Shown here one piece after another: positions 1 to 9,998 of a stretch of DNA of 64,000 nucleotides. How positions within the stretch are numbered: the first letter of the stretch is position 1; each line of letters opens with the position of its first letter. Both the position numbers and the translations under genes were made by a program. Source of the stretch: an uncultured Verrucomicrobiae bacterium (GTDB taxonomy: Bacteria > Verrucomicrobiota > Verrucomicrobiia > Limisphaerales > JAFGQR01); contig CAWBHS010000049.1 in NCBI GenBank assembly GCA_963788655.1, positions 64,001 through 128,000 on the forward strand, in the 5' to 3' direction. The notes under the pieces are model-generated. The model worked only from the letters and a program-made list of their open reading frames with translations. It was not told the DNA's origin and searched no databases.

Positions 1-615
1 GAACAGCGGATCACCGCGATGCACCTGTTGGCCGGTCGTGTCCACGTAAAGCTTCTCGATCCAGCCCTTGAACTTGGTGGTCACGTCGGCCAGCGCGGCC
101 TCGTTATAGTGGATGGTGCCCACCGTGCGGATGACCCGGCGCAAGGGGCCGTCGCGTGACGAAGCCCGTGCGGATGCCCATGTTCTGAATGGTGACCGGA
201 TCAATGACGATGTCGGAGGCCTCCGCGGCGGCCGCTTCATCTTCATAAACCGGCACAAATCCATGCCCATCGGGGATTTGCCCGGCTTGTCGGAGATGTA
301 AGTCGGGTCCATGGGAGCACGCCAATACTTGATCTTGCGCTCGCCCGAAGGGGCAGCTTTCCCGCTCGTGGCCGCGACCGTTTGCCGTCGCATGGGCGTC
401 AGGCGCATGCCGCAGATCGGGCAGTTGCCCGGGTGATCCTGAATCACCTGCGGATGCATGCCGCACGTATAGAGCGTCTTGGCTTTCTTGGTGGAGGTGG
501 CCCCGGCGGACTCATCGCCGGCAGCCTGATTACTCGCCAACCAATAGGTGCCGGCGCCAACGAGGGCCAGCACGGGAAGTCCGATGAACAGGAATCGTTT
601 CATGCTTGTCGTCAT
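1..615 (-). CDS. Heavy-metal efflux RND periplasmic adaptor (CusB-like), runs off the left edge; apparent frameshifts near 255 and 150
   Basis: Manual translation gives MKRFLFIGLPVLALVGAG, the metal-binding motif YTCGMHPQVIQDHPGNCPICGM, YWRAPMDPTYISDKPGKSPMGMD, then IDPVTIQNMGIRT...TTKFKGWIEKLYVD. It lies downstream of a TolC-family gene. Confidence 0.85.
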   Translation of the reverse strand, partial: MTTSMKRFLFIGLPVLALVGAGTYWLASNQAAGDESAGATSTKKAKTLYTCGMHPQVIQDHPGNCPICGMRLTPMRRQTVAATSGKAAPSGERKIKYWRAPMDPTYISDKPGKSPMGMDLCRFMKMKRPPRRPPTSSLIRSPFRTWASARASSRDGPLRRVIRTVGTIHYNEAALADVTTKFKGWIEKLYVDTTGQQVHRGDPLF

Positions 616-754
616 ATAGTTTTTCAGCGTTCAAGGGGCAAATGCCGTCCACGTTAGCGGAGCCGGTGGCTTGAAGCGACGAATGGCTCCAAGGCATGCC
701 ATGGTTGTTGCTCAGTCTGCGATGGGTTGCGCCTGTTTTGACGGCCGTCTCCTT

Positions 755-925
755 CCCCCTCACCCCGGCCCTCTCCCCCAGGGAGAGGGAGGGCCCTTCG
801 CCGCGCTCGACTAGCGGCGAAACGCCCAGACCGCACGAAACGGGGCATCTCCAAACATGGATTCGAATCACAGGTGCGTGTCATCGGCTTTTCCCTCTCC
901 TGGGGGAGAGGGGCAGGGTGAGGGG
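755..925. repeat. Inverted pair of REP-like palindromes (CCCCTCACCCCGGCCCTCTCCCCCAGGGAGAGGG / CCCTCTCCTGGGGGAGAGGGGCAGGGTGAGGGG)
   Basis: Two related hairpin units in opposite orientation at 755-791 and 892-925, intergenic. Confidence 0.75.
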
Positions 926-1017
926 AGGCGAATGAGGGCGGACGCCGGTTGCGGCAAGGTCGGCCGATACTCCCAACGTGCGTGCATGAAAGTCTTCAGT
1001 AATCAAATTCATGGTAG

Positions 1018-2469
1018 CTAGTGCCGGGCTGAAACCCTGGTTGACGCGCGATTGGCAGTCGCCGAAGGCGCCGGCAACAGCGGAGCACCGGGCGGCGCAA
1101 TGCCGGCGATGGACAGGGACAAATCCGCCAGCACGATTTCCCGGCGGGTTCGTTCCTGGATTTCCTGGAGTTGGAAATTCAGCCAGGTGCGCTCGGCGTC
1201 AATCAGGTTGAAGAAATTAATCTGCCCGGCCAGATAACCGGCCCGGGCAATCTCGAGTGACTGACGCGTCTTGGGAATGAGCCGGTTCCGCAACAGGGCC
1301 AGGTTCCGCGTGACTTCGCGGTAATCGTAAGTCCGCAGCGCGAAGTCCACCGTTAGATTGATTTGTTCGGCGGTCAACCGCGCCTGCGCCGCCCCTTGCC
1401 CGAACTGGGCGGCGGCGATTTCCGCGGCGATCTTGTCCCGCCAGATCGGCAAGGTCATGCCCGCCTGCGGACGGAACATGGTGGGCGCATTCCAGACCTC
1501 CGCCATCAGGCCCAGATTGAAGTCCGGCACCTGCGCTTTGCGGGCCAGGGCAATCTGCGCTTCGGCCAGACGCACGCCGGCGGCCAATGCCTCGAGCCGG
1601 GGATTGCGCGCGAAGGCCGTTTCCAACAAGGTGTCGCCGCTCAAATCCAGGGGCGTTGATTCAAATCGACCGGGCAGCGGCGGGTCGGACTGCTCGTGGG
1701 TCATTCCGAGCGCACCCTTGAACTGCGCAATCAGCGGATGCCGCGAGTCCTCGAGATTGGCGATTTCGGTCGTCAATCGGTCCCGCTCGATTTGCGCGCG
1801 ATACACATCCTGAAGCGTCACCTTGCCGACTTCGTTCTGCGTCCGGGCAATCATTTCCAAGTCGGACAACAACTGCTGGGTCTGGCGGTCAATGCGGAGT
1901 TTGTCCTCCAGGAACCAGAGTTGATAATAAGCGCGCTTGACGGCGAAGCTGGTTTGCAGCACGGCGTTCTCGAAGGCAAAGTAGCGGACTTGGCTGACCG
2001 CCGAGGCCACGTCAGCCCGCGCCCGCAATTTGCCCGGTCCTGGAAAAGCCTGCATCAAACCGGGCATGACGGCCGTCACGATGTTCTTGATGTCCATCTG
2101 GAACGTCAGCACGGGATCAGGCCGCGACCGCGCCACAGTGATGTCTTCAACCGAGCCCGCCCAATCAAAGTAAGCCGCTTCAATCTGCGGTTGATTGAAC
2201 ATGGCATACGTGAGGAAGTCGCCCAGGGACGAATTGGTGGTGAGCGTGGGCAACGGGGGACGTTCCCCTTGAGGCCGATAGATGCTGGCCAGCGTTTGGG
2301 TTTGCTGGCGGGCTTGCCGTTCGCTGCGGGTGGGCAGGCCCGTGCAACCAGCCAGCACCACGATCCCCAGCAGGCTTGCCCCTGGCACGAGCGAGTGAAA
2401 TGTCGTTCTTGCTTGCATTCGCGTTGTTTCAATCGTGAGTAGCTCGACCGTAATAAACGCTGGAGCCAC
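1018..2469 (-). CDS. TolC-family outer membrane efflux lipoprotein (CusC-like)
   Basis: 483-aa ORF with lipobox VLAGC, two OEP-type helical repeats and C-terminal YLAGQINFFNLIDAER. The real start is probably 2418. Confidence 0.88.
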   Translation of the reverse strand: MAPAFITVELLTIETTRMQARTTFHSLVPGASLLGIVVLAGCTGLPTRSERQARQQTQTLASIYRPQGERPPLPTLTTNSSLGDFLTYAMFNQPQIEAAYFDWAGSVEDITVARSRPDPVLTFQMDIKNIVTAVMPGLMQAFPGPGKLRARADVASAVSQVRYFAFENAVLQTSFAVKRAYYQLWFLEDKLRIDRQTQQLLSDLEMIARTQNEVGKVTLQDVYRAQIERDRLTTEIANLEDSRHPLIAQFKGALGMTHEQSDPPLPGRFESTPLDLSGDTLLETAFARNPRLEALAAGVRLAEAQIALARKAQVPDFNLGLMAEVWNAPTMFRPQAGMTLPIWRDKIAAEIAAAQFGQGAAQARLTAEQINLTVDFALRTYDYREVTRNLALLRNRLIPKTRQSLEIARAGYLAGQINFFNLIDAERTWLNFQLQEIQERTRREIVLADLSLSIAGIAPPGAPLLPAPSATANRASTRVSARH

Positions 2470-2607
2470 CGTTCATTCGACCGGGAATCTTATTGTCATT
2501 GCTTCCGGTCGTTGCACGGTACCTACGCCGCTGGTTGAGAAATCCCTCAGAAGGATTCCGGTCATGTTTTCGTGTTTCATCGCCAGCGGTTCCTCGGGTT
2601 TCGTTTT

Positions 2608-2679
2608 TACCGGGTAGTGTCAAAGGAACATGGCGACCTGTTAAGCCGTTCGGCGTTGGTGCGAGTCCAACCCTGGCGG
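2608..2679 (+). tRNA. Degenerate tRNA-Asn(GTT)-like element (pseudo-tRNA)
   Basis: Folds as a cloverleaf: acceptor TACCGGG/CCTGGCG, D-arm GTGT/ACAT, anticodon arm GCGAC-CTGTTAA-GCCGT, T-arm GTTGG-TGCGAGT-CCAAC. It has two stem mismatches and a non-canonical T-loop. Confidence 0.55.
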
Positions 2680-2723
2680 AGAGTCCTGGGATATTTATGT
2701 ATGGCGGTCTGCGCTTGTTCGGG

Positions 2724-3542
2724 TCAGCGCACGGCTTGGAACACTCGCAGCAGCCCAGCGAGTAACTTGGGCATGTCTGCCAGGGGAATCATGTTGGGGC
2801 CATCGCTGAGCGCGCGATCCGGGTCCGGATGCGTTTCGATGAAAACACCATTGGCCCCCGCCGCGAGGGCCGCCCGGGCGAGCACTGGTGCGTACTGGCG
2901 TTGTCCCGCCGAACGGTCACCACCGGCTCCGGGCAACTGCACCGAATGGGTGGCATCGAAAACGACCGGACAGCCGAAACTTTGCAGGATCGGGATGGCG
3001 CGCAAGTCCGCGACGAGGTTGTTATAGCCGAAGGTGGTGCCGCGTTCGGTGAGCAGCAGACGCCGGCCATCGAAACTTTTGGCTTTGGCGACGACTTGGC
3101 CCATTTCGGTCGGCGAAAGGAACTGCCCCTTCTTGATATTCACGATTTTGCCGGTCAACACAGCCGCCTCGATCAAGTCGGTTTGTCGGCACAGAAAGGC
3201 AGGAATTTGCAGGACGTCCACGACTTCACCGGCGAGGCTTGCTTGTGCTTCGGTGTGAACGTCGGTGAGCACGGGCAATCCCAGTTCGGACCGCAGCTTG
3301 GCCAGCGTTTGCAGACCGGCGTCAAGACCGGGACCCCGCGCTGAGCGGGCCGACGTTCGGTTGGCTTTGTCGAAGCTGGCCTTGAAAACGTAGGTGATCC
3401 CGAGGCGGGCGCAGGTGGTTTGCAGGCGCGTGGCGATTTTGAAACAGAGGGATTCATTTTCAATGACGCACGGCCCGGCCAGGAGGAATAGTCGGCGTCG
3501 ATTGGTCAATTGCTTCCACAAAGCGGTCGTTGCATCTCGCAT
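2724..3542 (-). CDS. kdsA: 3-deoxy-D-manno-octulosonate 8-phosphate synthase
   Basis: Motifs AGPCVIE, FKASFDKANRTS, QIPAFLCRQTDL, NIKKGQF, ERGTTFGYNNLV, DATHSVQLPG, ETHPDPDRALSDG. Confidence 0.97.
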   Translation of the reverse strand: MRDATTALWKQLTNRRRLFLLAGPCVIENESLCFKIATRLQTTCARLGITYVFKASFDKANRTSARSARGPGLDAGLQTLAKLRSELGLPVLTDVHTEAQASLAGEVVDVLQIPAFLCRQTDLIEAAVLTGKIVNIKKGQFLSPTEMGQVVAKAKSFDGRRLLLTERGTTFGYNNLVADLRAIPILQSFGCPVVFDATHSVQLPGAGGDRSAGQRQYAPVLARAALAAGANGVFIETHPDPDRALSDGPNMIPLADMPKLLAGLLRVFQAVR

Positions 3543-4110
3543 GGGCGCAGCCTAAGCAATCGCGCGAGGAATGCAAAGACTCGGATGGGAGCCGGGGATT
3601 TACGGAGCCGTGGAGGGTGGATTCGCCGAAGGTCCGAAGCGGGGAATTCCCAATTTTCAAATATCGGATTGCGGCGATGTTAAGAGCAATCGGTTGGAAA
3701 ACCCTAAAGCTCTTTGAAATGTTGCGGCCAGTGCCGGTGCGAGATAAGTGGAAAAAAAACGCATGGGTGCAGCGCAGGCAGCCCGGAACCCGACGCGGAT
3801 TTACCATTCAAGTTTCGTCCGATCCGGTCCCCTGTCTAGTTGCCCGGAGGCGGCGCACCTTCCGGCGCAAGGCTCTCAGGCACTGGCCCGCCTTTTGATT
3901 GAAGCCGGTACGCAGGATCCGTGTTCTTTGCCCTCATGATTCTTGCCGCCGATCCTGAACCCGCTTCGCCACGATCCATGGGATCGAATGTCCTCGCACC
4001 GCGACTTGGCCGTTGTTCGGCCTTCGCGAGAGATCGCCGACCATCCGACTTTACTCAGTTCTGCTGCGACGGCAGGATAGGTGTGGCTTGATGAAAGCAC
4101 GCTAACAACT

Positions 4111-4140
4111 ACGGGCTCCCCTTCCGGGAGCCCGTTCTTC
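4111..4140 (+). terminator. Stem-loop, probable intrinsic terminator
   Basis: Perfect 10-bp stem ACGGGCTCCC/GGGAGCCCGT with a 5-nt loop, followed by a pyrimidine run. Confidence 0.5.
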
Positions 4141-4214
4141 GTGTACCGACAAAACCGCTGATGCGGCGAAAGTCGCAGGAATTCTGAGACGATTGTAAAC
4201 CGTGGCGCTAACCA

Positions 4215-4335
4215 GAATGACCAAGGTCCAATGACCAAGGTCCAGAGAAGGCACAATTCTCAATGACCAATCTGAGTTCGACGCGCTGCCGATGCTCATT
4301 GGACCTTGAGCCTTGGCCATTTTCTGGTCATCGGA
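4215..4335. repeat. Inverted tracts of degenerate 7-mer repeats (AATGACC/AAGGTCC vs TTGGACC/TTGAGCC/TTGGTGC)
   Basis: Heptad periodicity is visible at 4215-4270, with its reverse complement at 4298-4350. Confidence 0.55.
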
Positions 4336-4405
4336 GATTGGTGCTTGGATATTTCTCACGTTTTCCCTTGGTTCGCGCGCGGTCGCAATCTTAGCCTGAA
4401 GGGCA

Positions 4406-5146
4406 ATGCCGGCGACCGGAACCAGCGCTGATCCACTGACACGATTGGCGGTCTTTCAAGCGTCCGGCCTTACCAAGGTGTATGCCATGGGTGAGGTCGA
4501 AGTGCCGGCGTTGACGGGCGTGGACCTGGAGTTGTACGAGAACGAATTTGTCGTGTTGCTGGGGCCTTCCGGGAGCGGCAAATCGACGTTGTTAAATATA
4601 TTGGGTGGATTGGATGTGCCCACGAGCGGGCAGGTTTATTATCATCGGGAGGAACTGACCGCCTTCGATGACGCCACGCTGACGCGCTACCGCCGCGACA
4701 CGGTCGGGTTTGTTTTCCAGTTTTACAATCTGATCCCCAGTCTGACGGCGCGAGAGAACGTGGCGCTGGTGACGGAAATTGCGTCCCATCCAATGACTCC
4801 CGAGGACGCGCTGCGATTGGTCGGATTGGGAGACCGAATGGATCATTTCCCCTCGCAAATGTCCGGCGGTGAACAACAGCGCGTGGCCATCGCCCGTTCG
4901 ATTGCCAAGCGCCCGCAAATCCTCTTGTGCGATGAACCGACCGGCGCGCTTGATGTGAAGACCGGCGTGCTGGTGCTTGAGGCCATTGAACGCGCCAATC
5001 GCGAATTGTCCACCACCACGGTGGTGATCACCCACAACGCCGCCATCGCCGCCATGGCCGACCGGGTGATCACGTTGTCCGGCGGTAAGATTTCGGGCGT
5101 GCATCGCAACCCGCAACGGCAGGCGCCCGCTACGTTGCAATGGTGA
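4406..5146 (+). CDS. ABC transporter ATP-binding protein (LolD/MacB-like)
   Basis: Walker [10 protein letters not shown], signature [13 protein letters not shown], Walker [12 protein letters not shown]. Confidence 0.95.
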   Translation: MPATGTSADPLTRLAVFQASGLTKVYAMGEVEVPALTGVDLELYENEFVVLLGPSGSGKSTLLNILGGLDVPTSGQVYYHREELTAFDDATLTRYRRDTVGFVFQFYNLIPSLTARENVALVTEIASHPMTPEDALRLVGLGDRMDHFPSQMSGGEQQRVAIARSIAKRPQILLCDEPTGALDVKTGVLVLEAIERANRELSTTTVVITHNAAIAAMADRVITLSGGKISGVHRNPQRQAPATLQW

Positions 5147-5162
5147 AAAGGTTCGACGACGC

Positions 5163-7526
5163 GTGACCGCCCTGCACCGCAAACTTATTCGCGATCTCTG
5201 GCAGATGAAAGGCCAGGCGCTGGCGATTGGTCTGGTGATGGCCAGCGGGGTGGCCATGTTCGTGATGTCGTTGAGCACACTCGAATCCTTGCAGGAATCG
5301 CGGGCCAAGTATTACGACCGCCACCGGTTTGCCGACGTGTTCGCGCAGTTGAAACGCGCCCCCAATTCGCTGACCGAACGCATCGCCGAGATTCCCGGCG
5401 TGGCGCGCGTGCAAACCCGGATTGTCAAGGACGTCAATCTCGACGTGGCCGGCCTGGCCGAACCGGCGGTGGGCCGGTTGATCTCGGTGCCCGTAGGCCG
5501 CCGGCCATTGCTGAATGACCTGTACTTGCGCCGCGGACGTTACCTTGACTCTGGCCGTTCCGGCGAAGCCCTGGTGAGCGACGCGTTTGCACAGGCGCAC
5601 CGCTTGAATCCCGGGGACCACGTGCTGGCCATCATCAATGGTCGCCGAAAACGGCTGCGGATCGTGGGCATTGCTTTGTCGCCCGAATACGTGCTGCAAA
5701 TTCGCACCGGCGATTTTGTGCCGGACGATCGCCGTTTCGGCGTGTTTTGGATGGGCTACGAGGAACTGGCCTCGGCGTTCAATATGGAAGGCGCGTTCAA
5801 TGATGTCTCCCTGGCGCTGACGCCCGGCGCCACCGAAGCGGAAGTGTTGCGGCGGTTGGATCGCCTGACCGAAACCTACGGCGGACTGGGCGCCTACGGC
5901 CGTGAAGATCAAGTGTCCAACCGGTATCTCTCCGACGAAATGAAGGGACTGCGCAGCATGGGCGTTATTGCGCCGCTGATCTTTCTGGGCGTGGCGGCGT
6001 TCCTGTTAAACGTGGTGTTGAATCGTTTGATTACCACGCAACGGGGAGAAATCGCGGTGCTCAAGGCGTTTGGCTACACCCACGGCGAAGTGGGACTGCA
6101 CTATCTTGAATTCACGTTGCTGTTGGTGGCGGTGGGGGTGGTGCTGGGAACCGGAGCCGGAATCTGGTTGGGACAGAATTTGACCGAAATGTATGCCCGG
6201 TTTTATCGGTTTCCCTCGTTTGACTATCACCTCAGCCTGCGGATTTTTTTCCTGGCCGTGCTGATCAGCAGCGCGGCGGCGATGGCGGGTGTGGCCAGCG
6301 CGGTGCGGCGGGCGGTCCGCCTGCCGCCCGCCGAAGCAATGCGCCCGGAGCCGCCGGTCGTTTATCGGCCGACAATCGTGGAGCGTTGGGGGCTCCAACG
6401 GTTCTTTGCGCAGCCGACCCGCATGATCTTGCGCCACCTTGAACGTTGGCCGGTGAAGAGCGCGTTGTCGGTGTTCGGCATTGCTTTGGCAGTGGCCATT
6501 CTCGTGGTTGGCAGCTTCATGAAAGACGCCTTGGACTATATCATGCAGTTCCATTTTGCCATCGAACAACGCCAGGACATGCAGGTGACCTTGGTGGAAG
6601 CCTCCTCCCGCCCGGCGCTGCACGCCATTCGCCGGCTGCCTGGCGTTCAGTATGCTGAGCCGTTTCGGAGCGTGCCCGTGAAATTGAAATTTGAGCATTA
6701 CGCGAAGCGCGTCGGCATTATGGGATTGGAAGAAGGAGGCCGGTTGTTCCGTTTGCTGGATGCTCAGGAACAGGCTGTGACGCTTCCGCCGGGCGGCTTG
6801 GTGCTGTCCCAGAAGCTGGCGGAGTTGTTGCACGTCAATGTTGGCGAAACAGTCCTGGTGGAAGTATTGGAAGGCGAACGGCCCGTGCGGGAAATTCCGG
6901 TGACCGGTGTGGTGGAAGAGTTTTCGGGACTGAACGCATTTATGAGCCTCCCGGCACTAAACCGATTGCTTCGGGAAGGCCCCGTGATTTCCGGTGCTTT
7001 TCTCGAAGTGAATGCGGCTTTGCAGGACACGCTTTATCACACGTTGAAAATGACACCGCGCGTGGCGGTGGTCACAGTAAAGGAAGCCGCGCTTTCCAGT
7101 TTCCGCGACACGGTCGGGGAAAATTTCATGCAGATGAGATTGTTTAACATGATTTTTGCCAGCATCATTTCGTTCGGCGTGGTGTACAACACGGCGCGCA
7201 TTGCCTTGTCCGAGCGCAACCGCGAGTTGGCCACGTTGCGCGTCATCGGGTTCACGCGGGCGGAGATTTCAATGATCCTCCTGGGCGAAATGGCGTTTCT
7301 CACGCTGGCCGCCATTCCGCTGGGATTGGTGTTGGGACGGGGATTATCGGCGCTGCTCACCCGGGCGATGGACACGGAATTGTATCGCATTCCGCTGGTC
7401 ATCTACCCCGCGACTTATGGCCTGGCCGCTGCCGTCGTGCTGGGCGCCGCACTCCTGAGTGCTTTGGTGGTACGGCGCAAGTTGGATCACCTGGATTTGG
7501 TGGCGGTCTTGAAGGCGCGCGAATAA
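5163..7526 (+). CDS. ABC transporter permease, FtsX/MacB-like (duplicated domains)
   Basis: 787 aa with two FtsX-type TM blocks (EIAVLKAFGY, ELATLRVIGF), in an operon with the ATPase. Confidence 0.92.
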   Translation: MTALHRKLIRDLWQMKGQALAIGLVMASGVAMFVMSLSTLESLQESRAKYYDRHRFADVFAQLKRAPNSLTERIAEIPGVARVQTRIVKDVNLDVAGLAEPAVGRLISVPVGRRPLLNDLYLRRGRYLDSGRSGEALVSDAFAQAHRLNPGDHVLAIINGRRKRLRIVGIALSPEYVLQIRTGDFVPDDRRFGVFWMGYEELASAFNMEGAFNDVSLALTPGATEAEVLRRLDRLTETYGGLGAYGREDQVSNRYLSDEMKGLRSMGVIAPLIFLGVAAFLLNVVLNRLITTQRGEIAVLKAFGYTHGEVGLHYLEFTLLLVAVGVVLGTGAGIWLGQNLTEMYARFYRFPSFDYHLSLRIFFLAVLISSAAAMAGVASAVRRAVRLPPAEAMRPEPPVVYRPTIVERWGLQRFFAQPTRMILRHLERWPVKSALSVFGIALAVAILVVGSFMKDALDYIMQFHFAIEQRQDMQVTLVEASSRPALHAIRRLPGVQYAEPFRSVPVKLKFEHYAKRVGIMGLEEGGRLFRLLDAQEQAVTLPPGGLVLSQKLAELLHVNVGETVLVEVLEGERPVREIPVTGVVEEFSGLNAFMSLPALNRLLREGPVISGAFLEVNAALQDTLYHTLKMTPRVAVVTVKEAALSSFRDTVGENFMQMRLFNMIFASIISFGVVYNTARIALSERNRELATLRVIGFTRAEISMILLGEMAFLTLAAIPLGLVLGRGLSALLTRAMDTELYRIPLVIYPATYGLAAAVVLGAALLSALVVRRKLDHLDLVAVLKARE

Positions 7527-7533
7527 CCGAAAA

Positions 7534-8736
7534 ATGAAAGTAACCAAAGGTCATTTGTGGGCGGGGCTCGTTGCGCTGATCGTCGCGGGTGCGCTTGCCT
7601 ATGCTTTTTGGCCGAAACCGGTTCCGGTCGATTTGGCCTCCGTGGTGCGGGGATCGCTCCAAGTGACGGTCGAGGACGATGGCAAAACGCGCATCAAGGA
7701 ACGCTACGTGGTATCCGCGCCGGTGGCGGGAAGATTGCAGCGCGTGGAATGGAAGGAAGGCGATCCCGTCGAGGCAGGCAAGACCTTGCTGGCGGTGATC
7801 GATCCGTCGGACCCGGCGCTGTTGGACCCGCGGGCCCACGCTCAAGCCGAGGCGCAGGTGAACGCGGCGGAAGCCGCTCGCAAACAGGCGCGGGCCAATT
7901 TGGACCGGGCCCGGGCCACTGAACAACTCGCCAAGGCCGACCTGGCCCGCGCCAAAAAACTGTTGGCCCAGGGAGCGATGTCCCAACAGTCATTCGATAG
8001 CGCCGAGGAACGACAAGTCTCCGCCACCGAGAACACGAAAGCCGCCGATTATGCCGTGCGCATCGCGGAGTTCGAACTGGCTCAAGCCCAGGCGGTGTTG
8101 CGGCGCGTTCAGCCGCAGTCTTCGGCGGCTGCCGATCCGCCGCGGTTCGAAATTGTCGCCCCGGTAAGTGGTCTCGTGCTGCGGCGCTTCCAGGAGAGCG
8201 CGACGCCGGTGACGCCCGGCATGCCTTTGGTCGAAGTGGGCGATCCGGCCGACTTGGAAATTGTCGTCGATGTGCTTTCCAGCGATGCGGTCAAAATCCG
8301 TCCCGGAATGAAAATGTGGCTCGAACACTGGGGCGGTGGACAGCCATTGCTGGCGCGGGTGCGGCGGATCGAACCGGCTGCGTTCCTGAAAGTCTCCGCG
8401 CTGGGTGTTGAGGAACAGCGTGTCAATGTGATCGGAGATTTCGCCGAGCCGGTGGAATCGCGCGCCACCCTTGGCGATGCCTACCGTGTCGAAGTCCGCA
8501 TCGTGATTTGGGAAGGAGAAGACCTGCTCACAGTGCCTGCCAGTGCCCTGTTCCGGCATGATGAACACTGGGCCGTCTTTCAGGTCGTTGCCGGACGCGC
8601 ACGCCTGCGCCGGGTCGAGATCGGCCACCAGAACGGCCTCCAAGCCGAAGTGCGGTCCGGTTTGTCAGCCCAGGATCAAGTGGTGCTGTTTCCCGGCGAT
8701 CGCATAAAAGACGGGATCAAAGTAGTTGGGCGCTAA
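7534..8736 (+). CDS. HlyD-family efflux periplasmic adaptor
   Basis: N-terminal TM, lipoyl halves (VSAPVAG, IVAPVSG), coiled coil, KVSALGVEEQRVNV. Confidence 0.92.
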   Translation: MKVTKGHLWAGLVALIVAGALAYAFWPKPVPVDLASVVRGSLQVTVEDDGKTRIKERYVVSAPVAGRLQRVEWKEGDPVEAGKTLLAVIDPSDPALLDPRAHAQAEAQVNAAEAARKQARANLDRARATEQLAKADLARAKKLLAQGAMSQQSFDSAEERQVSATENTKAADYAVRIAEFELAQAQAVLRRVQPQSSAAADPPRFEIVAPVSGLVLRRFQESATPVTPGMPLVEVGDPADLEIVVDVLSSDAVKIRPGMKMWLEHWGGGQPLLARVRRIEPAAFLKVSALGVEEQRVNVIGDFAEPVESRATLGDAYRVEVRIVIWEGEDLLTVPASALFRHDEHWAVFQVVAGRARLRRVEIGHQNGLQAEVRSGLSAQDQVVLFPGDRIKDGIKVVGR

Positions 8737-8836
8737 GCAGACGCTGACCAAGCAAGTGTGGGGGGAGAACGTATTTGGTGAACCAAGTCCGAGCGGCAGG
8801 AATCGAGGGAAAAACGAAACGAAGAACCGCGGCCAA

Positions 8837-9643
8837 CTATTTGCCCAGGTTGTAGTACCTGTCAACTTGCTTCGTTTGCATGTCGTCCACAAAGTCGCTG
8901 CTCAACGCCTCGATGTGGCCGTCCATGAAACTGATGTTGACTTTCCCCAGATGGGGGACTGGCGAACCTTTGGCGGAGGCAGATGACGGTACAAATCCGG
9001 CACCGCACAGTCGTTTCGGATCTTCGTTGACCAGCAAAACCTTATGCACGGGATTGAAGACCGCCGTGCTCAACACACCTCGTTTTCCGACGTAAGAATC
9101 TCCAAAAGGTTTGCCAGGATCCAGCCACGCGTTCGCCGCGTAGTTCACGCGCAACGCTTCGCCGAGTCGGCCCGTGCTGGGACAACGGTAAACCGGATAC
9201 ACTTCCTTGAATTTTTCGTCGTAGTCCATTCGCTTCCGGCTCATCACGTAGGGAAACAGCGATCCTGCCTCCGCGTGAAAACCGAACGAAGCGTCATTCC
9301 ATCGCTCAGGACTGGACAAGTCGGTTGCCGGTTGTCCTCCCGCGCACCAGTCCGGTTCGTAATACTTGTTGTGATTGGCCCGATCCGGTTCACCACCGGG
9401 CCACGGGTAGTAATCGCCGTTTTCGTCGGCGTACATGTTGAACGCCAAACTGAGTTGCCTCATGTTGCTGCGGCACATGACTGCCCGGCTTTTCTCCTTG
9501 GCACTTTGCAACGCGGATAGCAGCAGGGCCGCCATGATCCCAATCACGGCGATCACGACGAGGAGTTCAATCAGGGTAAAGCCTCTCTGCCACCTTGGTT
9601 CCCAAGGATAACCACGACCGGTTTCCGTGGTTGCTATTTGCAT
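8837..9643 (-). CDS. Prepilin-type N-terminal cleavage/methylation protein with H-X9-DG motif (DUF1559-like)
   Basis: GFTLIELLVVIAVIGIMAALLL, CRSNMRQL, YRCPS, HLGKVNISFMDGH. Confidence 0.92.
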   Translation of the reverse strand: MQIATTETGRGYPWEPRWQRGFTLIELLVVIAVIGIMAALLLSALQSAKEKSRAVMCRSNMRQLSLAFNMYADENGDYYPWPGGEPDRANHNKYYEPDWCAGGQPATDLSSPERWNDASFGFHAEAGSLFPYVMSRKRMDYDEKFKEVYPVYRCPSTGRLGEALRVNYAANAWLDPGKPFGDSYVGKRGVLSTAVFNPVHKVLLVNEDPKRLCGAGFVPSSASAKGSPVPHLGKVNISFMDGHIEALSSDFVDDMQTKQVDRYYNLGK

Positions 9644-9998
9644 TTGTTTCTGTCTTCGGTTGTTAGGTGTTCGCGCTAACTAAGAAACTGAACCATTTTG
9701 CGGGGAAGATGCAAGCCAATTTTGCAGATTTTTCCGATGGCTTGTGAAACCTTTCTGGGTGCTTAGAAAATAAGACCTAATTGACTATTGGTGAACAGCT
9801 TATTCAGGGCGAGGTGAACGTAAAACCGGTCGCCATCGCCTTGTTCACCTTGTGCTAACAGGTTGTCCACACATAGTATGTTGGCAGAAATCGGTCGGTT
9901 CCCGAAACCATTGCCGGGAATCCTGCAACGGCGCTCCAGTAATAAATCCCAGCAGTTTTTGGTTCCCCACTGGCGACGGCTTAACTTAGATTCCTGCC

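Noticed and set aside
3604..3885. Glycine riboswitch (CGCCGAAGG and CTCTCAGG motifs)
   Set aside because: The motifs are ~250 nt apart without the expected helices or a relevant downstream gene.
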